Positions 1 to 7,217 of a stretch of DNA of 64,000 nt are shown here, piece after piece. The notes beneath the pieces are model-generated. The model was not told the DNA's origin, searched no databases, and worked only from the letters and a program-made list of their open reading frames with translations. Position numbers and translations under genes: made by a program. Every line of letters begins with the position of its first letter. Position 1 is the first letter of the stretch. This DNA comes from a virus: IMG/VR virus record IMGVR_UViG_3300034152_000556, positions 44,709 through 108,708 of that record; one strand, written 5' to 3'.

Positions 1-76
1 TATAGTCGTCTTGTCGAAGAGTGAAGATGTTTCTTTCTGGGTTTTGAATCTTAAAGATTGGGTTTATAATCTTCAC
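1..76 (-). CDS. Partial CDS (5' end, runs off the window); probable second RNA polymerase beta subunit
   Basis: GTG start overlaps the TGA of the beta' gene (GTGA). Translation MKIINPIFKIQNPERNIFTLRQDDY resembles NPTAAVGNKSPEHIFQKRKIDF inside the beta subunit at 34435-38511. Only 25 codons are visible. Confidence 0.4.
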   Translation of the reverse strand, partial: MKIINPIFKIQNPERNIFTLRQDDY

Positions 77-2778
77 TGAATTCTTTCTCCTTTTAGTATT
101 TTATCAAGTACTCCTGAATAACGTCCTTCGTATAGTATTCCTTGCAAGATACTTCGCTTTGGATTAGAAAACGCCATTGATAGAATCCAACTTTCTTGAT
201 TTGGTACTGATTGAACACTGTAGTAATCTGGTTCAATCTCATTTCGGTTGTCTAGCAATCGCCATTTTCTGTAATTCTTCCACATTAGCTGAGCTACAAC
301 ACATTCATAATGAACATGATGTATATCGTTGTCATAGACATCAAACAACTCGTCTACAATTTCAGTGTATGTTTTTCCTTTAAATTTATGTAGTAAGGAA
401 GACACGGTTGCGAGATCACCGATGATGTCTTGCTGTCTCATATCTTCACTTTGTCTTTCGCCTTTAATAATTGCTGATCCTGAGGTATGAAATGTTCTCA
501 AAACCAATTGTGTTGATCTTTCACCCAGCGTTTGTGCAGCTAATATGCCGATAAATCTACTGTTTAAACTTTTATACAAATCACCATAACATTTTGTACA
601 TATCTTTGGTGATTTGCATAGAATAGGACTTCGAATTTCGATAGTTTTTCCAATTAAGGTGTCAATGTCATCTTTTGTTATCATAGAAAGAGTGCCATCT
701 GGGTTTTTCATCCATCGCTTCACTAACATAGAGGCTTTCTTTCTTGTGCTGACATTAACTTCTAAGAAATCGGTTGTGCCACAATCATCCAACGCTTCAT
801 CAAGTTGAAGGTTTGCTCCTGTAAATATCAATTTTCTTGATAGATAGCCAGATGTTCCCGTATTAAGAGCAACATCAAGAAGCCCTTTTCTACAACCATA
901 GGTTGAGTAGAAAAATTCTTCTTCAGTCAATCCTTCAATTAGATTGTGTTTAATTGGGAGCGGCAAAATCTCACCATCGAAATTAGAGATGAAACCGCGT
1001 GTTACAATAAGCTGCTTAACTTGATCCCAACTACCTCTAGCCCCAGACTCTATCATATATGCATATTTAAAGTGTGATTTCATCTCTTTGGTTAGAGCTT
1101 TATCTGAAATCGCCTGTAACTGTTCTCTTACATTTGGTTTGTTATAGAGACTATCTCTATACTCTTTAACTCCATCGAATATACAATCTGGTAGAGACAT
1201 GGTACACCCAAATAGGGTTGAATATTTAAATCCGATTTTCTTAACATTGTCAAGAATATCCCTTGTAACTTCTTTGTTATATGTGTCTTTGATTTCATTC
1301 AGAATTCTCATTAGAGCCTTCTTATCAACGACACCTTTTACCAACCTGAAGTCTTCGGGGAGACACTGATTAAATTCGGCTTCTCCTTGCGTTACCTTCT
1401 CACCTTTTAATAATACCTTATCTTCAGATTGATGAAATTCGTTCTTTGTCAAGAAATAAACACCAAGAATAACATCTTGGCTTGGCGTGGTAGTTAGTTT
1501 TTCATTTGCTGGGCTACTCAGGTTATTTGTAACCAATATCTTTTCTCGTATTTCTGTTTTTGCTTCTTCAGTAATTGGTATGTAAACTGCCATTTGATCT
1601 CCATCAAAGTCTGCATTGAATGGGGGGCATACTAATGGGTGAATCTTGATCACATGCTCTAGACCAACTTTTATTTTGAACCCAAGCATACCCAAGCGAT
1701 GTAGAGATGGTTGTCTATTAAGAACACAAACTTCATCTCTTACAACGTCTTGACAGACTTTAAATAGAACGGGAGATTGCATATCAATACATTGTTCAAT
1801 AAAGTCAATTGCTTTATTTAAAAGTTTGAACTTACCAAGCTCGATGATTCGTTTTGCAACAGGCAGTTTATAGATTTCTAGAATCATCAAATATGGCAAC
1901 ACACATTCGTCTAAGTTTAATGTTGGGTCTGGCGTGATTACAGCACGACCAGAGAAATCAATTCTTTTACCAAGAATGTTTCCACGAATCAGACCTTCTT
2001 TTTTTGCCATCTTATCAAGTATCTGATCGTATAACTCTTTGACATTTTTCTGAAGTTGTTTGAAATAAGTGTAGTACAATTGTTTTTCTTTTTTGATATC
2101 AATGATCGTATCTAACATGATATCGCGTTTTGTTAAAATCTGGACATAATATCTATTGATTTTATCCATCAATTGTTTTTGCCCACCAGTTTTTGATGCT
2201 GGTCTTAGGTCGGGTGGCAATACTATGACTTTATCAATCAGAAGATTGTCTAGATTGTCTTTGATCACTTGCCATTCTTCGATCTCTTCTTCTAGATATA
2301 AGTCAGCAATCGTTTCTACCAATTTGTAGATTGCTTCAGTTCTTTCAAACTTTTCTGTTCCTTTTGGTATGTTATCGTCTGAGAGAGTCACAACTGGGAA
2401 CCCTTCACTGTCTAGATACAGTATGCTTTTCTCGTTTTTCATAAGATCGTCAAGTGCTCTCTTGATTAGTTTACCACCAAGATCGACTAGCAGATCATAG
2501 AAAAGTGGGTTGACAACGGATATGGGCATAATGATTTTTGCAAATCTCTTTCTTCTTTCGTCGCTATTTTCAATTTCGACTTTACAATCTGCACATACCG
2601 TTCCAGCTTTCGATACTCCGTGATATTTACCACACTGACATGTGTAGTTTTTTAATGGGCCAAATATCTGTTCTGAGAATAAGCCTTCGGCGTGAAACTT
2701 CTTTTTTCCGAAAACTTTTACTGAAGTAACCTCTGGTAGTTCTTCGCAAAATTGTTGATAGTTTAAGATTTTTGGCAT
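73..2778 (-). CDS. rpoC: Multisubunit RNA polymerase beta'-like subunit (paralogue 1, with N-terminal Zn-binding domain)
   Basis: Catalytic NADFDGD motif, GKRIDFSGRAVI, LNRQPSLH, SGYLSRKL, QLVLRTFH; N-terminal CQCG...CADC. Confidence 0.95.
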   Translation of the reverse strand: MPKILNYQQFCEELPEVTSVKVFGKKKFHAEGLFSEQIFGPLKNYTCQCGKYHGVSKAGTVCADCKVEIENSDERRKRFAKIIMPISVVNPLFYDLLVDLGGKLIKRALDDLMKNEKSILYLDSEGFPVVTLSDDNIPKGTEKFERTEAIYKLVETIADLYLEEEIEEWQVIKDNLDNLLIDKVIVLPPDLRPASKTGGQKQLMDKINRYYVQILTKRDIMLDTIIDIKKEKQLYYTYFKQLQKNVKELYDQILDKMAKKEGLIRGNILGKRIDFSGRAVITPDPTLNLDECVLPYLMILEIYKLPVAKRIIELGKFKLLNKAIDFIEQCIDMQSPVLFKVCQDVVRDEVCVLNRQPSLHRLGMLGFKIKVGLEHVIKIHPLVCPPFNADFDGDQMAVYIPITEEAKTEIREKILVTNNLSSPANEKLTTTPSQDVILGVYFLTKNEFHQSEDKVLLKGEKVTQGEAEFNQCLPEDFRLVKGVVDKKALMRILNEIKDTYNKEVTRDILDNVKKIGFKYSTLFGCTMSLPDCIFDGVKEYRDSLYNKPNVREQLQAISDKALTKEMKSHFKYAYMIESGARGSWDQVKQLIVTRGFISNFDGEILPLPIKHNLIEGLTEEEFFYSTYGCRKGLLDVALNTGTSGYLSRKLIFTGANLQLDEALDDCGTTDFLEVNVSTRKKASMLVKRWMKNPDGTLSMITKDDIDTLIGKTIEIRSPILCKSPKICTKCYGDLYKSLNSRFIGILAAQTLGERSTQLVLRTFHTSGSAIIKGERQSEDMRQQDIIGDLATVSSLLHKFKGKTYTEIVDELFDVYDNDIHHVHYECVVAQLMWKNYRKWRLLDNRNEIEPDYYSVQSVPNQESWILSMAFSNPKRSILQGILYEGRYSGVLDKILKGERIQ

Positions 2779-2784
2779 AGACCT

Positions 2785-3027
2785 TTACTCTCCCTCACTG
2801 AAAAATTCATACATCTTTTTTGCTAACATAGCCAAATGTTCTTTGACTCTATTTGATATGATTCTGTCTAAGTCTGGCATTAGTTCATTAACAACATCTC
2901 TAATTTCATCTTGTGTTAGTTGTATTTCATTCTTCTTTATCGTTTCTTGAATCAGACTCGATAGATTCTCCTCTAGCATTTGTGCTAGAGTTTGCATTCT
3001 CTCGTCTTTCTCGTTCTTGTTCTGCAT
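2785..3027 (-). CDS. Hypothetical helical protein
   Basis: ORF abutting beta' gene; no recognisable motif; start uncertain. Confidence 0.55.
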   Translation of the reverse strand: MQNKNEKDERMQTLAQMLEENLSSLIQETIKKNEIQLTQDEIRDVVNELMPDLDRIISNRVKEHLAMLAKKMYEFFSEGE

Positions 3028-3232
3028 CCCGTAAACCTTTCATGATTTTGTATTTAATTTCTGTTATCTTGTAATCCCAAGCTGCTGCTATAGCAGTTGC
3101 AACTTTTTCAACAACCTTATTTAGTAACTTAGAGCCACTTTCTCGTATCAGCTGATCTATTTCTTCTACTCCCTCCTCCACTGCTTCTTCAAGTGTTTTC
3201 TTTTTTGGTTCTTGTTTGTCTTCCATACTCAC
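2927..3232 (-). CDS. Hypothetical protein
   Basis: RBS-like GGAG upstream; overlaps next ORF by about 100 nt. Confidence 0.45.
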   Translation of the reverse strand: MSMEDKQEPKKKTLEEAVEEGVEEIDQLIRESGSKLLNKVVEKVATAIAAAWDYKITEIKYKIMKGLRDAEQERERRENANSSTNARGESIESDSRNDKEE

Positions 3233-3240
3233 GCTCCTGC

Positions 3241-3582
3241 CTATGTGATTTTTGCATATTCTTTTATTTCATGCCACGGTGTAAAGTAGCAAGCGTCTAG
3301 ATTAAATGTATAGATGACATTTTCTATCATCTTTTTAGTTGTTTCATTCAGTGGTAAATTCTGTAGGTTTTCAGGTAAACAAAGTTCCCTTGTTCGTGGG
3401 TCTGCATTAGGATGATTACCCAACAATTTAACTTCGTGGATTTTGTCAAAAAGTGTCTCAACGATATATCCATCTATTATCATAAATTCATCTAGCTCTA
3501 TAATTTTATAATACTCGTTTTTGTATTTCATTCGTCCTGGCTTGATTTTTTTCTTCACTTTGATTCTTTTTCTTACTTGCAT
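3241..3582 (-). CDS. Minimal E2/UBC-like protein (putative)
   Basis: HPNADPRTRELCLP matches the E2 HPN...C-L active-site pattern; TGATG coupling to upstream ThiF gene. Confidence 0.5.
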   Translation of the reverse strand: MQVRKRIKVKKKIKPGRMKYKNEYYKIIELDEFMIIDGYIVETLFDKIHEVKLLGNHPNADPRTRELCLPENLQNLPLNETTKKMIENVIYTFNLDACYFTPWHEIKEYAKIT

Positions 3583-4430
3583 CAAGCAGCTCCAGTTTCA
3601 GGTATTAAAACAATATACCCATGATTGTGTAACGATATCAGATATGATGGATATTCACATGGTAATGTTAATAGAGACGTTAGACTACTTACCACATCAT
3701 AACCAGTTTTCAAAGTGTTTTGTGGTATTTTTGTCTGTGATATCGGTTGTTCCTGACTCCCAACGAACACTTCAATATCACGTTTTCTATTTTCTTCAAT
3801 GATTGGTATGATGTTAGTTGGTAAGTTTACGATCTGTTGCGCTTCAGCAGCGCATTCGTATACAACTTCACCATATTTCGGTTCGATTTTCTTTAGATAA
3901 TCCAGTTCATATTTCTGAATGGATTGTGTTTTTATTAGCTGTCTGATGGTCTGATTAGAGACCAGCATTGATACAATAAAAGCAGCATTGCGAATGTCAT
4001 CTTTTCTTAGATCAACAAGATATCTGCCGTCCTTCTGTTCTTTATATGATACATTCTTACGACAGTCAACGATAACATACCGAGAAGATATTGAAACTCT
4101 GACATCAATTATATCTTTTCGATCACAAATAATATCCCTGCAATCAAAAACGATATCGCCTTCTGGTATCTTAGTTTCACCTTCTATAAAAGTGTCATCA
4201 ATAGATTTGACAACAACACCGGGATTTTGATGAATGATGATATCAGTTAAAGCTGTAACCTTTTTAACACCAACATCGATGGGTCGATATATTGATGTTC
4301 CAAGGTTCTTCCACTCAACGGTATCAAAATCGATCAGGGTAAGTTCTTCAGTTTCGTCTAATCGAGATAAGCTATCCGCAAGAAAGCCACCAAGCGTTCC
4401 AAGTCCTGCAATTACAAAAGATTTGTACAC
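3582..4430 (-). CDS. ThiF/E1-like adenylation-domain protein (second, divergent copy)
   Basis: IAGLGTLGG nucleotide-binding loop, LIDFDTVEWKNL, DVGVKKV, VFDCRD. Confidence 0.8.
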   Translation of the reverse strand: MYKSFVIAGLGTLGGFLADSLSRLDETEELTLIDFDTVEWKNLGTSIYRPIDVGVKKVTALTDIIIHQNPGVVVKSIDDTFIEGETKIPEGDIVFDCRDIICDRKDIIDVRVSISSRYVIVDCRKNVSYKEQKDGRYLVDLRKDDIRNAAFIVSMLVSNQTIRQLIKTQSIQKYELDYLKKIEPKYGEVVYECAAEAQQIVNLPTNIIPIIEENRKRDIEVFVGSQEQPISQTKIPQNTLKTGYDVVSSLTSLLTLPCEYPSYLISLHNHGYIVLIPETGAA

Positions 4431-4464
4431 TGTTCAAAGCTTCCTCCGATCTGTTTGATGTTTG

Positions 4465-4490
4465 GGGGGATTCCCCTAAGAGAATCCCCC
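4465..4490 (-). other. GC-rich hairpin just 3' of the Ubl gene (mRNA stabiliser, attenuator or weak terminator)
   Basis: gggggattc...gaatccccc inverted repeat; no U-tract follows on the minus strand. Confidence 0.5.
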
Positions 4491-4509
4491 GTCCCGGTAA
4501 TGACCGCTG

Positions 4510-4995
4510 TTAGCAGCCTTTCTTACCCGCTTTTTTCATGAATTCCAGTTTGTCCTGGTCTTGCAACGTATAGCTGTCGTTGACTTTGCTGCCATTGACA
4601 ATGGCATCGGCTGCGGCGTCGATGTTCAGGACATCTCTCAGGAATGCTTTCACTTCACCAACAGGTTTTCCCACTACTGGGAAGTTTCCTGAAGAAGCAC
4701 CACATGAAACTTGAATTGTGGTGCTGAAACCGGCTGGACCGGCGCTCTTGTCGGTTTGCACGGTTTTGAATCCTCCGTGCATTTCGCTGATGGGGCCTGA
4801 GCTTGGTGCCGCCACTGCGAAACCGGCTGGAGCGGCGCCCGGTTTGACCGGATTGGATGCTTGGTATTCCAGAATAGCGCTGATCACGACATCCTTCGGT
4901 TTCTTGGTGATACCGGCGATGCCCATCTCGTGATAAGCCATTCTTTTCAGTTCTTTTGCTGACATGTCTTCTAGTTGTGCTCTTGAGTAACGCAT
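4510..4995 (-). CDS. Ubiquitin-like (beta-grasp) protein with N-terminal Rho_N/HeH-like domain
   Basis: N-term LEDMSAKELKRMA..MGIAG..KKPKDVVISAIL (Rho_N-like); Ala/Pro/Gly linker; C-term domain ...VGEVKAFL..VLNI....AIVNG....SYTL...DKLEF ending KKAGKKGC; adjacent to E1, JAB and E2 genes. Confidence 0.8.
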   Translation of the reverse strand: MRYSRAQLEDMSAKELKRMAYHEMGIAGITKKPKDVVISAILEYQASNPVKPGAAPAGFAVAAPSSGPISEMHGGFKTVQTDKSAGPAGFSTTIQVSCGASSGNFPVVGKPVGEVKAFLRDVLNIDAAADAIVNGSKVNDSYTLQDQDKLEFMKKAGKKGC

Positions 4996-5711
4996 ACGTT
5001 TTCTCCTTCACTTACTTGCGTAGTTGTGGTGGTTTTTGGTACTTCTCTGACCTTGGCATGGCAAGCCATTTTCTCAATGTCAAAGTAAATTTCGGAAACA
5101 TTAGTTTCCGCACGAATAACAACGTTGTAGAAAGCCCAGCACATTAGCGTAGCTACTCCTAGATTTGTAAAATACAGCTGGGGTTCTGATACAGATAGTT
5201 CTTCACATGACATCTCATGTGGAGACTTATCATCGGGTTCATCGATTTCTGGATGGTATGCACAGAGGTTTGGTGTTAGATCGCGACCCCCCTTTCGTAG
5301 ATATATTTGCACATTACCATCTATATAATCGTTCCCCCCTGAGATAAGACTTATATTGTTTAGGGTTGAACAATAGTCTGAGACGAGCTTGCGTGTCTTA
5401 TGATTATCGACACACATAAAAATCATACAATCCTCTTTGATAATATCTTCAACGTTTTCTTCTGTGATATATTCTGTAACTGTATCAAATTCGATATTGT
5501 CAAAAATGGCTGAAAGCTCTCTCGCCTTGATGGTGGCTTTTTTTCCAAGATCGAAGAAGTCTTGTCTTTCGAAATTCTTGGCTTCATATGAATCACCATC
5601 AACAAAGATAAATCTCGCTTGTTCTATGTCATGATTAAAATTGACATAACGAGCGAGTCGTTCGACTAGAATGGTTCCTATACCACCGAGTCCGATTACC
5701 ACTATTTCCAT
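4971..5711 (-). CDS. ThiF-family E1-like ubiquitin-activating enzyme
   Basis: VIGLGGIG, VDGDSYEAKNFERQ, CVDNHKTR, ISGGN, candidate catalytic Cys in MSCEE followed by QLYFTN. Confidence 0.9.
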   Translation of the reverse strand: MEIVVIGLGGIGTILVERLARYVNFNHDIEQARFIFVDGDSYEAKNFERQDFFDLGKKATIKARELSAIFDNIEFDTVTEYITEENVEDIIKEDCMIFMCVDNHKTRKLVSDYCSTLNNISLISGGNDYIDGNVQIYLRKGGRDLTPNLCAYHPEIDEPDDKSPHEMSCEELSVSEPQLYFTNLGVATLMCWAFYNVVIRAETNVSEIYFDIEKMACHAKVREVPKTTTTTQVSEGENVCVTQEHN

Positions 5712-5723
5712 TCACATTTCTCC

Positions 5724-7217
5724 TTATAGCTTTTTCAGGAATCGATTGAGACCAGATTGTAATCTCGTTCTTAGAGTATTTCCTTGAGTGGTCTTATCTA
5801 TGATAACTTGTGGTACTTCTAACTCATGTGAGTCCACACCCGATTTATCAGTTAGAAAATCGCCTGAGTTGAGATTTTCATGAATCAATGCAAGTGGATC
5901 GGTGTAGTCATCTGGGTGTCTTACTTGAACCTCACCTTCTTCTTCTGCGCTTGGGTCATATTCATATAGGTCTTGACCGCCCCTTTCATCTAGGTCTTCT
6001 TGTACATCTTCTTCTGTTGCGTCGAGACTCATCAACATCATTCCAAATTCTAATGCTGATTTTCTGTAGAAACACGTTGAACATGTGTAGTGGATGCGGT
6101 AAAAAGCATCATCCTCCTCGACGCTTCCGGCTGGGTCATCATCGACCGGTTCCGTGCAGACTTCCAATGTCCATTCAAAGGCTTCGTCCCGACAAGAGCA
6201 ATCGCTGCATACGAATTCTCCGGTCGCGTCTTCTGCTTTTGGGTCCTTTCCTTTTGTTGTATCTAGTGCTTTCACTGGTGCTTTCTGTGGATGAACTTCA
6301 TCAAACCTTCGACCCCATTTTGATTCATACCAATCGAATAACCCATCGGGGTCGATTATGGGGTCAGCGCCTGATGCTGGATACATGCCACCATAGTGCC
6401 CACCATATCCATAACCATAGCCATATGAATATTTGTAGGTTTTCTTTGTGACAAACCCAAGCCAGTTTTCATTGAACTGAATTTGATCTTCGGGAACTGT
6501 AAGCTTGAAACGACAATCCCATTTCCATTCGGTTTTCGGTTTTTCTTGCTTGTTCACTTTTGGCACAAGAGCACCATCTTTCCACACATAGACTTGTGCG
6601 CCCGCTGACGGGTATGTGGTTACTTTTGATTTCTCTCGTGTCTGTGTGATACCTTCCATATAGTCAAGCGGGTCAACCTTGAATCGCTTTTCATTTGCAA
6701 CAATCGATGCTGTAATACTCACCTCTTCATCTGCAACATTACCGATTGTTATGTGCAAGCCATCAAAGTGTTTTTCATCAGCGATATCAACACCAGAGTG
6801 AAAGGCTGAGAAGTTAGCGTGACTGTGAATGGTGCCAACTTTCAAATAACCATCAACAGTCAACTGGCGGTCATAGTCAATGGCTGCTGATGATACCTCT
6901 TGTGTTGGTGGTAGCAGAATGAATAGTTTTGTTTTTGGGTCGTATAGAATCAGAACCATTGATTCTGATTTGTGGGTTGCATATACCCGTCTGAAGAATG
7001 TAACTGTGGTGGCAGTTTTGTCAGCTGGTATCTTTGGTAGATGAACCTTAGCCATTTGTTCGACGGGTTGGAGTGTTGCCACTCCACCGTCGATTTTTGT
7101 AAGACTTTCCATGATACCAAGCTTTTTCTTCAGATAGAGTCCATCTTTTCCAACGATGTATAGAATATCATCGTTTGGCATCTCTTGTGTGCCATCATTG
7201 ATAAAAACTCTAAACAT
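5724..7217 (-). CDS. JAB/MPN+ metallopeptidase (prokaryotic deubiquitinase-like) with long acidic C-terminal extension
   Basis: Upstream Glu (SESMV) plus JAMM motif HSHANFSAFHSGVD; GLHITIG. Confidence 0.88.
   Translation of the reverse strand: MFRVFINDGTQEMPNDDILYIVGKDGLYLKKKLGIMESLTKIDGGVATLQPVEQMAKVHLPKIPADKTATTVTFFRRVYATHKSESMVLILYDPKTKLFILLPPTQEVSSAAIDYDRQLTVDGYLKVGTIHSHANFSAFHSGVDIADEKHFDGLHITIGNVADEEVSITASIVANEKRFKVDPLDYMEGITQTREKSKVTTYPSAGAQVYVWKDGALVPKVNKQEKPKTEWKWDCRFKLTVPEDQIQFNENWLGFVTKKTYKYSYGYGYGYGGHYGGMYPASGADPIIDPDGLFDWYESKWGRRFDEVHPQKAPVKALDTTKGKDPKAEDATGEFVCSDCSCRDEAFEWTLEVCTEPVDDDPAGSVEEDDAFYRIHYTCSTCFYRKSALEFGMMLMSLDATEEDVQEDLDERGGQDLYEYDPSAEEEGEVQVRHPDDYTDPLALIHENLNSGDFLTDKSGVDSHELEVPQVIIDKTTQGNTLRTRLQSGLNRFLKKL

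Noticed and set aside
3582-5711. ThiF/MoeB plus ThiS/MoaD sulfur-relay (cofactor biosynthesis) interpretation
   Set aside because: No thiamine, Moco or thiouridine genes nearby, while E2-like and JAB genes are in the same operon; the Ubl lacks a GG end.
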